A stretch of DNA of 64,000 nucleotides from a bacterium (GTDB lineage Bacteria > UBA8248 > JACPRG01 > G963555815), in assembly GCA_965218795.1 (NCBI GenBank), contig OZ244653.1, forward strand, positions 3,424,001 to 3,488,000, written 5' to 3'. How positions within the stretch are numbered: the first letter of the stretch is position 1; each line of letters opens with the position of its first letter. The notes below the pieces were generated by a model. It was not told the DNA's origin and did no database searches. It was given only the letters and a program-made list of their open reading frames with translations. A program made the translations under genes and the position numbers. Below, one piece after another: positions 19,145 to 33,280 of the stretch.

Positions 19145-19924
19145 CTAAGCCCGAACGACGCCTTCCAGAGGGCTGGAGGCCGTGGCGTAGAGCTTTTTCG
19201 GGATCCGTCCGGCCTCATAGGCCAGGCGGCCCGCCTCGATGGCCAGCTTCATGGCCTCGGCCATCCTCACGGGGTCCTGGGCGCCGGCGATTGCCGAGTT
19301 CATGAGGACCGCCGTACATCCCATCTCCATCGCAACCGAGGCGTCGGAGGCGGTGCCCACGCCCGCATCCACGATGACCGGCACGTTGGCGTTCTCAAGG
19401 ATGATCCGAATATTATAGGGATTGCGGATCCCCAGTCCCGATCCGATGGGCGCTGCCAGCGGCATCACCGCGGCACAGCCGACATCTTCCAGCTTCTTGC
19501 AGACAATGGGGTCGTCGGTGCAGTAGGGGAGCACGACGAATCCCTCCCCCACGAGTATCTTCGAGGCTTCCACGGTTTTCTCGTTGTCCGGGAAGAGGGT
19601 TTTTTCGTCGCCGATCACCTCCAGCTTGATCATGTCCAAATCCAGGAGCTCCCGGGCAAGTCGGCAGGTCATCACCGCGTCATCGACCGTATAGCAACCG
19701 GCGCTGTTGGGGAGGATTGTGTACTTCTTCGGGTCGATGAAATCCAGCAGGCTCTCGCCCTTGGCCGCGTCCAGGTTGACGCGGCGCACGGCAACCGTGA
19801 TGATCTCGGCCCCGCTCGCTTCAGTGGCCAGCCGGGTTTCCTCAAAGGACTTGTACTTGCCGCTTCCCACGATCAGCCTGGAGGTGTAACCCTTCCCGCC
19901 CAGCTCATAGGTGGATGTCATCAC
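19145..19924 (-). CDS. thiG: Thiazole synthase
   Basis: [49 protein letters not shown]; GAGGAGG SD before GTG 19924 / ATG 19921. Confidence 0.96.
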   Translation of the reverse strand: MMTSTYELGGKGYTSRLIVGSGKYKSFEETRLATEASGAEIITVAVRRVNLDAAKGESLLDFIDPKKYTILPNSAGCYTVDDAVMTCRLARELLDLDMIKLEVIGDEKTLFPDNEKTVEASKILVGEGFVVLPYCTDDPIVCKKLEDVGCAAVMPLAAPIGSGLGIRNPYNIRIILENANVPVIVDAGVGTASDASVAMEMGCTAVLMNSAIAGAQDPVRMAEAMKLAIEAGRLAYEAGRIPKKLYATASSPLEGVVRA

Positions 19925-19996
19925 GGATTCCTCCTCGCTGATATGGTTCGCCCGGCGGGGTGAACTCCCACGTCGTTTCGTTGCGGGCAATTCGCG

Positions 19997-20224
19997 TCAA
20001 GCGGTCCCACCCCCGATGGCGTGCACAATCTCGATACTGTCTCCGGCCTCTATGCGGACGGATTCATAACCGGATTTGGGTACGATTTCCGAATTGCGGG
20101 CCACAGCCACCTGTTCCCCCCCCATCTCCAGATGGTCCAACAGGCCCTGAACCGTAAGGCCCGCGGGGATCTCCCGGGTGTCCCCATTCAATGTGATGGA
20201 GATGCCACCGCCTGCCTCGGTCAT
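19997..20224 (-). CDS. thiS: Sulfur carrier protein ThiS with C-terminal extension after GG
   Basis: ITLNG, VAVARNSEIVP, GDSIEIVHAIGGG-TA. Confidence 0.92.
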   Translation of the reverse strand: MTEAGGGISITLNGDTREIPAGLTVQGLLDHLEMGGEQVAVARNSEIVPKSGYESVRIEAGDSIEIVHAIGGGTA

Positions 20225-20302
20225 GAAAAAAACCGCCTGTCCGCAGGGGACATGCGGCTGAATCGGGGCTTGCTCAGGGGTGATGGAAACATTGCCCGTT
20301 TC

Positions 20303-20393
20303 AACCGCTTCCCTCCGCGGGATTTACCCCGATCAGGTTCCAAGGGTTATCGGCGTCTCCCGGCCGACTCTCAGTATTCCACCCCTAGCGGTT
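20303..20393 (-). ncRNA. TPP riboswitch
   Basis: Minus strand reads ctaggggtg..ctgaga..acccttggaacctgatcggggtaaatcccgcggagggaag, with P1 aaccgct/agcggtt, upstream of thiS. Confidence 0.95.
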
Positions 20394-20644
20394 ATCCAGA
20401 TCAATATAAGCGGAAGCGGAAACAGCCGCAAGAACAAGGTTCAAGAACAGGGTTGCAGTTGAAATCCTGCTTTCCCCTCGACCAGAGCCGAATCAGATGA
20501 TTTTTCATCAATCCGTGGCGGAGAAAATTCTTCAGGCTGTATATTGATAAAGGAATTCCACTCCTCTCCCATGCGAAACCGGCGCGTCAAACCCTAGACG
20601 AAGTTCAGGGAACCGGTCTCCTTCGAGGAACAAGCCAAGAGCGC

Positions 20645-20993
20645 TTGCAGGGATTCATCCGGCATCGGGTTGCGAAGGGCTCTACGGTTTACACGGACGA
20701 TCATGGCGGGTATTCTGAGCTTTGGATGGATTTCAGGCATGAAGCCGTCCGACACAGCCGAGAATTCGTTCGCGATCAAGCTCACGCCAATGGGATCGAG
20801 TCTTTCCGGGCAATGCGCAAGAGCGGTGACTACGGCGCTTATCACCGCATGAGCGAGAAACACTTGAACCGCTGCGTCACGAAGTTCGCGGGGGCGGCGC
20901 AATATCCGCAATCGGGACACTGCCACACAGATAGCCTCAATTGTCAAAGGCATGATCGGCAAGCGGCTCCGCTATCGGGATTTGGCGGCGTGA
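20645..20993 (+). mobile_element. IS1595-family (ISXO2-like) transposase remnant
   Basis: GSTVYTDD..HANGIESF..YHRMSEKHLNRC, then after a frameshift near 20890 RRNIRNRDT..MIGKRLRYRDLAA*. The N-terminus is missing. Confidence 0.8.
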
Positions 20994-21022
20994 GTATCCT
21001 AAGCCCGCAGGAGGGTCACGGA

Positions 21023-21903
21023 ATGGGAGGGAGGGAGCAAGCGGTTCCTGCGGTGAATGCCACGGGAACGGGGCGTCGTATTGCCCGTCGAAGTTCGGTT
21101 CGTCGTTCTAAACGGTTGATTGCGTTTGGTTGGTACGGCGGAAAATTCAGCCATCTGGATTTTATCCTTCCCCATATCCCGCCCGACGCCTTGCATTTTT
21201 GCGATGTCTATGGGGGGTCCGCTGCGGTTCTTTTGAATCTTCCTCCGTACCCCGTCGAAACCTACAACGACCTCGATTCAGAGTTGGTGAACTTCTTCCA
21301 TACGCTTCGCAATCAAGGCGCGAAGCTCATGAAAGCGATCAGCTTGACTCCGTTTTCACGGGAAGAGTTAGTGCGGGCCTGTGAGCCGGAGGAAGGATTA
21401 TCCCGGCTGGAGCGCGCCCGACGCTTCTATGTCCGCGCCCGCCAAACACGGACGGGGCTTGCCCAGAAAAGCAGCCGCGGGCGTTGGGCGCATTGCGTAC
21501 TCACGTCACGTGCTGGAATGGCCGGCGCGGTGTCCCGGTGGCTCGGGTCCGTAGAGGGGCTTCCAGAAGTAGTCCAGCGGCTCCAGCGCATCCAGATCGA
21601 GAATGCTCCTGCTCTTGACGTCATCCGCCGATACGATACGGCAGAAACCGTCTTTTACCTTGATCCGTCCACTCCGTGCGCGGAGATTCAGCAGCGTATG
21701 GCTATGAAATGACCGATGCGGACCACGAAGAACTCGCCGACACCCTTCAAGGCGTTCGGGGGCGGATCATTCTTTCCGGCTATGGAACGCCGCTCTATGA
21801 TCGCTTGTACAAGGGCTGGAGACGTGTCGATGCTTCTGTTCGGATTTGTCATTCGGTACGGAAATCCCGCCAAGAGTCGCTGTGGATGAACTTCGGGCCA
21901 TGA
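21023..21903 (+). pseudogene. Dam/D12-class N6-adenine DNA methyltransferase, frameshifted
   Basis: FGWYGGK, DVYGGSAAV, YNDLDSELVNFF, IQIEN. YLDP lacks PY and the C-terminus (EMTDADH..LSGY..ESLWMNF) continues in another frame from ~21670. Confidence 0.85.
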
Positions 21904-22020
21904 ACAACGCTGAGGCCCGTCAATAGCAACACCTCAAGCCTCAGAAAGAAAAAGAAGGTCATTGTAGTAAAAAGGATTGGTTACTTCCGTACATAGATTA
22001 TCCCTGGAGAAATCACATCC

Positions 22021-22983
22021 TCAAATCCCCCAATCCCTTGCGTAGCGGAAGTCACGGTCGATCGTGCGGGCGGACACTTTGGCGATGACGGGCAGGCGGC
22101 GCTTATACTGATTCAACCGCACCAGGCGGTCCACGCGGTCGATGAAGGCGGGGTCAAATCCCTTCTCGATCAGTTCCTCCCTCGAGCAACGCAGATCCAC
22201 CAGGTGATACAGCAGCACGTCCACGTCGGCGTACTTGAAGCCCAAGTCGTCCTCGTCCGTCTGGCCCATCACCAAATCCGCGCTGGCGGCTTTGCCGACG
22301 ATCTCCTCCGGAACGCCCATGTGAGTCGCCATCTGCCAGACTTGCGTCTTGTAGAGATCGCCCAATGGGTTCAAGGCATGCGCCATGTCGCCGTAGAGCG
22401 TCCCATACCCGAGCAACAACTCCGATTTATTGCTCGTTCCGAGGACCAGCGCGTTGAGCGCTGCGGACTGGTCGTACAGGATTGTCATCCGCTCCCGGGC
22501 CATCTTGTTGCCCTTTCGCATGTTGTCGATGCCAGGAACCTTCTCGAAGTAGGCATCCACCATTTCAGAGATGTCGACGGTCATGGACCGGATACGGGTC
22601 TTCTTCACAATCAGCCGCCCGTGCTGAACGCTCTCCGGGTTGCTCAGCCGATAAGGCATGATGATGCCCGTCACGTTTTCCCGGCCCAGGGCCCTTTTGG
22701 CCAGATAGGCGCATAGCGCGGAATCAACTCCGCCCGACAGCCCGATGACCACGCGGGTGAATCCCGTTTTCGTCACGACGTTTTCGATAAAACCGATGAG
22801 CAGTTTCTCGACGAGCTTGACGTTGATCTCGAGCTCCGGGATCGGCGGGACGTGATTCGGATTCGCAATCCGCGTCGAACGCCGGGTCCCGTTGCCCGAT
22901 GACCGGGAAGCCGCCGATGACTTCTTTCTTTTTGCCGGGGATTGATGCGCCATTTCCTTGTCCGATCGTTTATTGACCGCCAT
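22021..22983 (-). CDS. nadE: NAD+ synthetase, synthetase-only subunit
   Basis: [49 protein letters not shown]. Alternative start at 22953. Confidence 0.93.
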   Translation of the reverse strand: MAVNKRSDKEMAHQSPAKRKKSSAASRSSGNGTRRSTRIANPNHVPPIPELEINVKLVEKLLIGFIENVVTKTGFTRVVIGLSGGVDSALCAYLAKRALGRENVTGIIMPYRLSNPESVQHGRLIVKKTRIRSMTVDISEMVDAYFEKVPGIDNMRKGNKMARERMTILYDQSAALNALVLGTSNKSELLLGYGTLYGDMAHALNPLGDLYKTQVWQMATHMGVPEEIVGKAASADLVMGQTDEDDLGFKYADVDVLLYHLVDLRCSREELIEKGFDPAFIDRVDRLVRLNQYKRRLPVIAKVSARTIDRDFRYARDWGI

Positions 22984-23851
22984 TTCCTTCCACCGATCGT
23001 CCGTCTTCGCGAAGGCCTCGCTGGTATAAAAGTTCCTGGATGGTGAGATTCATATCTTCATCTCCAAGAATGGGCGAAGCGACACGGGCCCGCCGGACTT
23101 CTTCCAAATCCAACGTTGTCTCAATCAGCGCCTCGTCCAGATAAGGGCCTTTCAGGATCCGCTTACCGCTGGGATTCACGACCTCCGAGCCGCCCCAGAA
23201 ATTGATGCCGTCCTCATAGCCCACCCGGTTGACGAACACGCAAAATTGCATGTACAAGGTCGCATACACCCGGACCATGCTCTCCCAGGTCTCGCTGATT
23301 TGGAGCTTGGCGCCCTTCTGCACCCCCCGGCCCGGACTGGAAGCAGGAATGAGAAGGATATGGGATCCGGCCTGGGATGCGAGATAGACCGTGGACGGGT
23401 GCCAGGCATCTTCACAAACAAGCATGGCCATCCGGCCGAAACGGGTCTCGAAAGCCCTCACCTGCGTTCCGCGGGAGAGGTACCGCTCCTCGTCGAAAAT
23501 TCCATAGGTCGGCAGATACACCTTCCGGTGGACGTGGAGGATTTCCCCCTTCTCGATATAGAGAACCGAGTTGTAAAAGAAATGTTCGGGCGATTCTTCG
23601 ACCATCCCCACGACAATGGAGAGCTTTCTGCTCGCCCGTCGAATTTCCCGGACCAGCCTGGAGTCGAGCCGTTGAGCTACGGTGGGGACCATGTCCTTCA
23701 GGAAATAACCCGTCAAGCCGAGCTCCGGGAAGACGAGAAGTTCCGTCCCGTTGTCCGCGGCCTCCTTCACCGTTTTTCGAAAGATCTCAACGTTTTGGTC
23801 CAGGTTGCCGAGCGTGGGATTGATTTGAGCGATACCCAGTTTCAGTTTCAT
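22970..23851 (-). CDS. Nitrilase-superfamily glutaminase subunit of split Gln-dependent NAD synthetase
   Basis: [12 protein letters not shown] (Glu), [17 protein letters not shown] (Lys), VCEDAW (Cys). Overlaps nadE. Confidence 0.85.
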   Translation of the reverse strand: MKLKLGIAQINPTLGNLDQNVEIFRKTVKEAADNGTELLVFPELGLTGYFLKDMVPTVAQRLDSRLVREIRRASRKLSIVVGMVEESPEHFFYNSVLYIEKGEILHVHRKVYLPTYGIFDEERYLSRGTQVRAFETRFGRMAMLVCEDAWHPSTVYLASQAGSHILLIPASSPGRGVQKGAKLQISETWESMVRVYATLYMQFCVFVNRVGYEDGINFWGGSEVVNPSGKRILKGPYLDEALIETTLDLEEVRRARVASPILGDEDMNLTIQELLYQRGLREDGRSVEGNGGQ

Positions 23852-24681
23852 AACCTTTCAGCCGATGGCCTGCCGGCGGCTGCCCTGTCTTCCCGCAGAT
23901 TGATGCCGAAGCGTTCGTAGATCATCCGAGCCTCTTCAGTGTACATTCCGGGCTCTTCGTAAACAATCAAGGGCGGGTGGACCGCCGCCGCAAGTTCCGC
24001 GTCTCCCATTGGATGGACGGCTTCCGCCAAAATGGTTGTGGGGGGCCGGTTTTCCATCGGATGCACCCGCCGGAGGCGCGTCAGTTGGAAATCCGCCGAT
24101 TGAGCCGCCTGAATCACCTCGGTTTCCCGTTCCGCAAGATGGCAAAAGATCAAAAAGCCGCCCGGACGGATCATGTGAGCAACGGCCCCGAGCCAAGCGT
24201 CCAGGGGAAGGGACACTTCGTGCCTTGACATGGCCCGGTCGAAGTCCGGACTCAGCCGGCCCGTTCCCGCCTTGCGGTAAGGGGGATTGATAACGGCTCC
24301 GTCAAACCAGCCTCCCCTGGACCAAAGGTCCGCCCGCCGCACATCAGCCAGGACAAAACCGGCCCGTTCCGTCAGACGGCTGTTCCGCGCGTTTGCGACC
24401 GCGACCGCAAGGGAGCCTTCCCGAAGGTCAAATCCAAAGACGCGGAGCGCGGCGCAGCGATATGCGAGAAGCAGGGCTACGACTCCGGTGCCGGTGCCCA
24501 GGTCGGCCACCAGCGGCCCGGTGTTCTCCGCGGGGGAAAGCGAATCCTTCCACTCCCAACGTTCGGATGCAAAATCAGCGAGAAGGAAAGCGTCTGCATT
24601 GTAACGGCCCCCGCGAGGGCCCGGATCGAGAGAGATCGGTATTCGGGGGGAAAGGGTCGCGATGGGCGGTTGCGGCCTCAC
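23848..24681 (-). CDS. SAM-dependent methyltransferase, tRNA1(Val) m6A37 (TrmN/YfiC)-like
   Basis: YNADAFLLADF, DLGTGTGVVALLLA, INPPY, SRHE. Confidence 0.75.
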   Translation of the reverse strand: MRPQPPIATLSPRIPISLDPGPRGGRYNADAFLLADFASERWEWKDSLSPAENTGPLVADLGTGTGVVALLLAYRCAALRVFGFDLREGSLAVAVANARNSRLTERAGFVLADVRRADLWSRGGWFDGAVINPPYRKAGTGRLSPDFDRAMSRHEVSLPLDAWLGAVAHMIRPGGFLIFCHLAERETEVIQAAQSADFQLTRLRRVHPMENRPPTTILAEAVHPMGDAELAAAVHPPLIVYEEPGMYTEEARMIYERFGINLREDRAAAGRPSAERL

Positions 24682-24795
24682 GAGACACGGCTCAGGTTGA
24701 ACCTTCGATTCGGCGGCATGGCGGGATGATAACGCGATGGGTCTTGACCCAAGGGGAATTTGGCCGGCTGCGTCTCCACCCTTTGGCGGGGGGCG

Positions 24796-25209
24796 TTACT
24801 GCTTTCCGGCAACCTGGAGGCGGAGGGTGGCCCGCATCAGCGCGCCCATAGCGCGGGTGGCGTCGATCGCCTCCTCGCCCCGGGTCAGACGCTCCATGGC
24901 GCGCTTGCGCGCGGCCTCGGCGCGATCGACGTCGATCTCCTCGACCTTTTCCGCCGTCTCGGCCAGGATGGTCACCTTTTCAGGGCCGACTTCCGCGTAG
25001 CCCCAGGTCACCGCCAGCCCACGGGTTTCGCCGTTCATCTTGTAGGCCAAACGACCGACGCCCAGACTGGTGAGCATGGGGGTATGGCCCGGAAGAACGC
25101 CGAACTCACCCAAGGCCCCGGGCGCGGTAACCATGTCGACGTCTTCGCTGACGACAACCCGCTCAGGGGTGACGATTTCCAATCGGATCTTGCTCGGCAG
25201 ATCCGCCAT
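24796..25209 (-). CDS. atpC: F1 ATP synthase epsilon subunit
   Basis: LEIVTPER, GEFGVLPGHTP, ILAETAE..EIDVDRA. Confidence 0.95.
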   Translation of the reverse strand: MADLPSKIRLEIVTPERVVVSEDVDMVTAPGALGEFGVLPGHTPMLTSLGVGRLAYKMNGETRGLAVTWGYAEVGPEKVTILAETAEKVEEIDVDRAEAARKRAMERLTRGEEAIDATRAMGALMRATLRLQVAGKQ

Positions 25210-25256
25210 GTGCTTCTCCGATTCGCCGGTGGCGACCTCGGTGGATCCCCGCAGTC

Positions 25257-26711
<1,455 letters not shown>

Positions 26712-26782
26712 TCAACAACCCGGCCCGGCGATTCATCTTGATGAAGACAAGTCAACGGAGCCGGCGGGTCTCCATCCGTCCC

Positions 26783-27682
26783 TTACCCGGATAAAGCATC
26801 CGCCCCGCTGACGACCTCAATGAGCTCCGTCGTAATCTTCGCCTGACGCTGGCGGTTGAAGAGAAGGGTCAGGCTGCCGATCATTTCCTTCGCGTTGTTC
26901 GACGCATTATCCATCGCCGTCATGCGCGCGCCGTGCTCGCTGGCATCGGCATCCAGGATGACCCGGTACATCTGCGTATAGAGATGCCGATCGATCAGTT
27001 TCTCCAGAACGGCCTCGGGCGACGGCTCATAGATGAAATCCGGCTCGAATCCCGTTTCTCCTTCCTCTTCTTCCACAACCGGGGGCTTGATGGGTAGCAA
27101 CGTCTCGACCGTTACGCGCTGAATCAGGGTGGACCGGAACCGGTTATAAACCAGAATCACCTCATCCGCCCGGCCTTCGGTGAACTCCTCGACAAAGTAT
27201 TCTCCGAGCGCCTTGGCCAGGTCATAGTCCATCCTGCCGAAATTTCCGATGAACTCCTTCTCGATGGGATAGCCCCGGTAGTGGCAGATATCACGGCCCT
27301 TCTTTCCGATGGGCGCCACCGCCAGGAATGGAGTCTCCTCCGAGGCGTCCTCCTCCGATATCGCGCCGTCCTGTATCAGCTCGGCCAGGCCTCGGATGAT
27401 ATTGGTGTTGTAGACCCCGCACAGCCCCTTGTCGGAAGTGATGGGCACCAGGAGACGGCGCTTGACCGGCCGCCTTTCCATCAGCGGGTGGGACAGATGC
27501 TCGGACCGTTTCGCCAGGCTCTGCAGCACCTCATTGAGCTTGTCGGCGAAGGGACGCGCCGCCGTGATGCGGTCCTGAGCCCGGCGCAGCTTGGCCGCGG
27601 CCACCAGCTTCATGGCGCGAGTGATTTTTTCCGTATTTTTGACGCTGCCAATGCGCCGCTTGATCTGTCTCAGGCTTGCCAT
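26783..27682 (-). CDS. atpG: F1 ATP synthase gamma subunit
   Basis: KITRAMKLVAAAK, DKGLCG, SEHGARMTAM, RQAKITTEL. Confidence 0.98.
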   Translation of the reverse strand: MASLRQIKRRIGSVKNTEKITRAMKLVAAAKLRRAQDRITAARPFADKLNEVLQSLAKRSEHLSHPLMERRPVKRRLLVPITSDKGLCGVYNTNIIRGLAELIQDGAISEEDASEETPFLAVAPIGKKGRDICHYRGYPIEKEFIGNFGRMDYDLAKALGEYFVEEFTEGRADEVILVYNRFRSTLIQRVTVETLLPIKPPVVEEEEGETGFEPDFIYEPSPEAVLEKLIDRHLYTQMYRVILDADASEHGARMTAMDNASNNAKEMIGSLTLLFNRQRQAKITTELIEVVSGADALSG

Positions 27683-27697
27683 GCGCAGATCATCCCT

Positions 27698-29314
<1,617 letters not shown>

Positions 29315-29860
29315 TCAGACTCTGCCAACCAGCCTTTCCCGAAGGGTCTCCAAATGATTTCGGACGCTCCCGTCCCAGGTCGAGCTCCCCAGCCGGGCCC
29401 GGATCCCTCCCAGAAGCGATCTGTCCGTCTCGATCTCAAGGACGACGTTTTTTCCCGTCGCGGCGGAAAGCCGGGCTCGAAGCGCCTCTTCTTCCGCGGC
29501 CGAAAGGACGAAGGCCGATCGGATCTCCGCGCGAATTCGGTTGTTCAGTTCGTCGGCGAATTCCCGGTACGACGCGGAAATCGCCTCGATGTAGCGGGCC
29601 CTGTCCTTGTCCAGGAGCAACTGGAGAAATCTCGAAGACAGATCACTCATCCCCCCGCGCCGGATAATCTCCATCAGGATGCCGCGTTTGACCTCTTTCA
29701 CGATGCCCGGGCTGAACATGAGGTTCCGCAACTCGGCGCTTGATTCGAATTGGGCCGCCATCCCGGCAATCTCATCTCCCACCTGATCGACCCGCCCCTC
29801 TTGCCGGGCCAGCTCGATCAGGGCCTTGGCGTAACGGCGGGAGACAGCCTGGCCGGTCAA
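29315..29860 (-). CDS. atpH: F1 ATP synthase delta subunit
   Basis: RRYAKAL and DRSLLGG..DGSVR; position in the operon. Confidence 0.93.
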   Translation of the reverse strand: MTGQAVSRRYAKALIELARQEGRVDQVGDEIAGMAAQFESSAELRNLMFSPGIVKEVKRGILMEIIRRGGMSDLSSRFLQLLLDKDRARYIEAISASYREFADELNNRIRAEIRSAFVLSAAEEEALRARLSAATGKNVVLEIETDRSLLGGIRARLGSSTWDGSVRNHLETLRERLVGRV

Positions 29861-30447
29861 TTCATCTCTCCCACTTTGGCGAGGTAATCCTGGAGGAAGC
29901 GTCGCTGATCATCAGGGCCGAGATCGCGCTCGAGCGCTTTCTCCGCCAACTCCAGCGCCAGGAGAGCCGCGCGCGCCCGGATCTGGGATTCCGCTTTCCT
30001 GGATTCCTGTTCGATGGTGAACCGCGCATGCTCCATCACCCGGGCTGCGGCTTCATCCCCTTCTTGGAGCAAACGCAACCGGAGCGCCTCCTGACCCGCC
30101 TGAGCCTGGGCGCGAATATCCCCCAGCTCCTTCTCCAGTTCGGCGGTCCGACGCTCATAATCCTTACGCAGCCGCTGCGCCTCGGCGCGGGCCTCTTCCG
30201 CCTCCTTGATCGCGCGCTCAATGCCTTCCCGCCGGTTCGTGAACAGCTTCCGGAGGGACTTGCGCAAAATGAAATAAAGGCCCACGGCAACAATCAGGAA
30301 GTTCAGGATTCGGGAAAACTCGAACCAGGAATCCCACTCGTTGTGAAACTCTCCGCCCGTAGCAGCGTAAACCCATGAAGGCAAACCCAAAAGCGCCAGC
30401 ATGAGGATGATCTGAAGATACCAGCGGCCGGACAGACGCCTAAACAC
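29857..30447 (-). CDS. atpF: F0 subunit b
   Basis: GTG at 30447 with GGGAGGGAG SD; RILNFLIV TM followed by charged coiled coil. Confidence 0.85.
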   Translation of the reverse strand: MFRRLSGRWYLQIILMLALLGLPSWVYAATGGEFHNEWDSWFEFSRILNFLIVAVGLYFILRKSLRKLFTNRREGIERAIKEAEEARAEAQRLRKDYERRTAELEKELGDIRAQAQAGQEALRLRLLQEGDEAAARVMEHARFTIEQESRKAESQIRARAALLALELAEKALERDLGPDDQRRFLQDYLAKVGEMN

Positions 30448-30871
30448 GAATCTCCCTCCCGGCCAACCGGCGGCCGATGTCGCCGGCCAACTCCCTGACC
30501 CTGCCTTCGAGACCATCTTCGGCTTCACGGCTCTGGATTTCGATACGCCTCCGCGCGTCCTCGGCCATGCGGTCCGTCTCGGACCGCCTCTCATCCAGCT
30601 TCCGGCGCACTTCCTCCCCCACATCTTTCTCCAACCGGAGCAAAGACTCCATTCCCTCATGTCTCGCTCCACCGATGGCTTCCTCATACTCGGCCATCCG
30701 CTTTTCGGCTTCACCACGGTCCGCGGCCGCTGCATCAAGGTTCCCCTGAATCGCCCGCTCCCGTTCCTCCATCCGCTGGATGATGGGACGGAAAAGAAAC
30801 CGGTTCAACAGAAACAGAAGGACCAGCAGGTTGATCCACTGAACCCACATGCTCGCATCGGGAAAAATCAC
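30440..30871 (-). CDS. F0 subunit b'
   Basis: PDASMWVQWINLLVLLFLLNRFLFRPI, then coiled coil; first gene of the F-type block. Confidence 0.88.
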   Translation of the reverse strand: MIFPDASMWVQWINLLVLLFLLNRFLFRPIIQRMEERERAIQGNLDAAAADRGEAEKRMAEYEEAIGGARHEGMESLLRLEKDVGEEVRRKLDERRSETDRMAEDARRRIEIQSREAEDGLEGRVRELAGDIGRRLAGREIRV

Positions 30872-30917
30872 TTGCCTGTCGTCTCCATAGGGGGCCCCTT
30901 TGGGAGCTGCCTCCGGC

Positions 30918-31547
30918 TCAGGTCCGGATGATCTTCTTGATTCTCATCAGAGCGGACACCGTCGAGCGCGCCATCTCATCGAGTTTCAGCGTAATAAATC
31001 GAATCGTATCCTCGAGGTTTGGGATGAGAACGTGCTCCAAGGCATTGACGCGCCGCCGGGTCTTCTCAATCTCGTCGGCAAGCCGTTCCACCGTCTTCTC
31101 CAACTCGGCCAGCCGAATCAAACCCGGCAACAGGTCATTGAATTCGAGAACGGCCGCGTCCAATTCCGCCGCTGTCCCCTCGAACCCGTAGGGGAACAGG
31201 CTGCCGACCCGCTCAGACTGGAGCGTGGCAATCCGCACACTCATCAGATTGACTTCTTTGACACGGATGTCCAGCACCGAAGCTGGAGCGCTGAGGGCTG
31301 CATCCAGCGCCTCCGGGACCATGCTTCCAAACGCCCGCAGGGACTTGCCGTAGGCCAGCGCAAGCCGGGAGTCGACGTTGCGCCGGACCTTCTGCACCTC
31401 CCAGATGACAGCGATAAACTGCTGAATCAGGGCGTCCAGCTTGTCTTTCAAAAGCTTGCGGCCCCGCCGCGCCACGGCAAGTCGGCGGCGCAAGCCAAGG
31501 AGTTCCATCCGGTTGGGGCTGACGTTCATGATCATCGCCGAACTCAA
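30918..31547 (-). CDS. ntpD: V/A-type ATPase subunit D
   Basis: PNRMELL, RGRKLLKDK, EIEKTRRRVNALEH. Confidence 0.95.
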   Translation of the reverse strand: MSSAMIMNVSPNRMELLGLRRRLAVARRGRKLLKDKLDALIQQFIAVIWEVQKVRRNVDSRLALAYGKSLRAFGSMVPEALDAALSAPASVLDIRVKEVNLMSVRIATLQSERVGSLFPYGFEGTAAELDAAVLEFNDLLPGLIRLAELEKTVERLADEIEKTRRRVNALEHVLIPNLEDTIRFITLKLDEMARSTVSALMRIKKIIRT

Positions 31548-31670
31548 CGGCCGGTCCCATCCAATCCCATCGTTGCTTTTTCGGATTCACCCGTGTCCGG
31601 CGGCCGGAATCCGCGAGAGCGGCTAGCCGATACCCTTTCTGAATCACGTCATGCCGGGCAAAGTGACAAC

Positions 31671-31732
31671 AATTTATCGGATGGCCCTTAGGCCGTCAAC
31701 CCTCCCATATCCATTTGTGAAATACTTCACTT
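31671..31732 (-). promoter_or_regulatory. Internal sigma70 promoter (TTGACG-17-TAAATT) plus Rex-like box upstream of ntpD and the F-type atp genes
   Basis: -35 at 31699-31694, -10 at 31676-31671; TTGTGAA-ATAC-TTCACTT at 31715-31732. Confidence 0.6.
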
Positions 31733-31800
31733 GACCCATGATACCGAACCACCCGCCCGGTGGGCGCCCTTCTCCCGCTGGGCTGTCCCGCCCCCACAGC

Positions 31801-33225
31801 TCAATGTTCCGAAGACAGGCCGGCGGCCGGCGGCGAGGAGGAGGATTCGGCGCTCTTCTCTTTCAGGTATTTCTCCAGGAATGCCTCCCGGATACGCTTC
31901 AACTCGACCCTGGGAAGAAGAGAAAGCAGATCCCACCCCAGGTCGAGCGTTTCTTCGATGCTGCGATCCTCTTCTTCGCTCTGCCGGACATATCGGTCTT
32001 CGAACGCGCCGGAGAAACGGATAAAAAGCTTGTCGGCCTCGCTCAATGCCGATTCGCCCAGGATGACCGCCAGCTCCTCCGCCTCTTTGCCCCGCGCGTA
32101 CGCGGCGTAGAGCTGATTCATGGTATCGGCGTGATCCTCGCGCGTCTTGCCGCCGCCGATTCCCTTGTCCTTCAACCTGGAGAGCGAGGGCAAGACGTTC
32201 ACGGGTGGATAGAGGCCCTGCCGGTGGAGCTCCCGGCTGAGGATGATCTGACCTTCGGTGATATAGCCGGTGAGGTCCGGGATGGGGTGGGTCTTGTCGT
32301 CTTCCGGCATGGAAAGGATCGGAATCTGCGTGATAGAGCCGGCCCTCCCCTCAATTCTCCCCGCTCGCTCGTACAGGGAGGCAAGATCCGTATAGAGGTA
32401 ACCGGGATACCCCCGCCTTCCGGGTATCTCTTTGCGGGACGCGGATACTTCGCGAAGCGCTTCGCAATAATTCGTCATATCCGTGAGGATGACGAGGACG
32501 TGCATCCCGAGGTCGAAAGCGAGATACTCCGCAGCCGTCAGGGCCAGCCGGGGGGTAATGATGCGCTCGACCGCGGGGTCGTTGGCCAGGTTGACGAACA
32601 GGGCGGAGCGCGCGATGGCCCCCGTTTTGTTGAAGTCGCGAATGAAGTAATCCGCCTCCTCGAAGGTAATCCCCATCGCGCAAAAAACGATGGCGAAGTT
32701 CTCCCCCCGCCCGAGCACCTTGGCCTGCCGCGCAATCTGGGCGGCCAGACGGGCATGAGGCAGGCCCGCTCCGGAGAAGATCGGAAGCTTCTGCCCCCGG
32801 ACGAGGGTGTTCAGTCCGTCGATGGTTGAAATTCCGGTCTGGATGAACTCGGCCGGGTAGTCCCGGGCAAAGGGGTTCAGCGGGTTTCCGTTGATGTCGC
32901 GCCGGACCTCGGCCAAAACGGGAGGGCCGCCATCGACTGGCGTGCCGGCGCCCTGGAACACCCTGCCCAGGATGTCGGGCGAGAGCGGCATCTCGATGGT
33001 CTTTCCCAGAAACCGGATCCGGCTCTGATTGAGACCGATTCCGGTGGTCCCTTCGAACACCTGCACAAGAGCCTGGCCGCGGGAAGACATCAGAACCTGC
33101 CCGCGACGTATTTCTCCGGTTTGAAGCACAATCTCGACCAATTCCTGATACTTCGCGTCCTGAACCTCATCGACCACCATCAGAGGCCCCGACAGCTCTG
33201 TGACATTCAAATATTCTTTCAGCAT
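31801..33225 (-). CDS. ntpB: V/A-type ATPase subunit B
   Basis: [43 protein letters not shown]. Confidence 0.98.
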   Translation of the reverse strand: MLKEYLNVTELSGPLMVVDEVQDAKYQELVEIVLQTGEIRRGQVLMSSRGQALVQVFEGTTGIGLNQSRIRFLGKTIEMPLSPDILGRVFQGAGTPVDGGPPVLAEVRRDINGNPLNPFARDYPAEFIQTGISTIDGLNTLVRGQKLPIFSGAGLPHARLAAQIARQAKVLGRGENFAIVFCAMGITFEEADYFIRDFNKTGAIARSALFVNLANDPAVERIITPRLALTAAEYLAFDLGMHVLVILTDMTNYCEALREVSASRKEIPGRRGYPGYLYTDLASLYERAGRIEGRAGSITQIPILSMPEDDKTHPIPDLTGYITEGQIILSRELHRQGLYPPVNVLPSLSRLKDKGIGGGKTREDHADTMNQLYAAYARGKEAEELAVILGESALSEADKLFIRFSGAFEDRYVRQSEEEDRSIEETLDLGWDLLSLLPRVELKRIREAFLEKYLKEKSAESSSSPPAAGLSSEH

Positions 33226-33280
33226 GCTTTTCTCTTACTGTGAAATGGACCCAATACTCGGGTTCCAAGGGGAAAATTCT

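Noticed and set aside
20645-21712. Transposase-methylase fusion protein
   Set aside because: A chance in-frame join created by the transposase frameshift; the methylase has its own SD and ATG at 21023.
29857-30738. 293-aa long atpF
   Set aside because: The N-terminal ~97 codons overlap b' in another frame; GTG 30447 has a strong SD.
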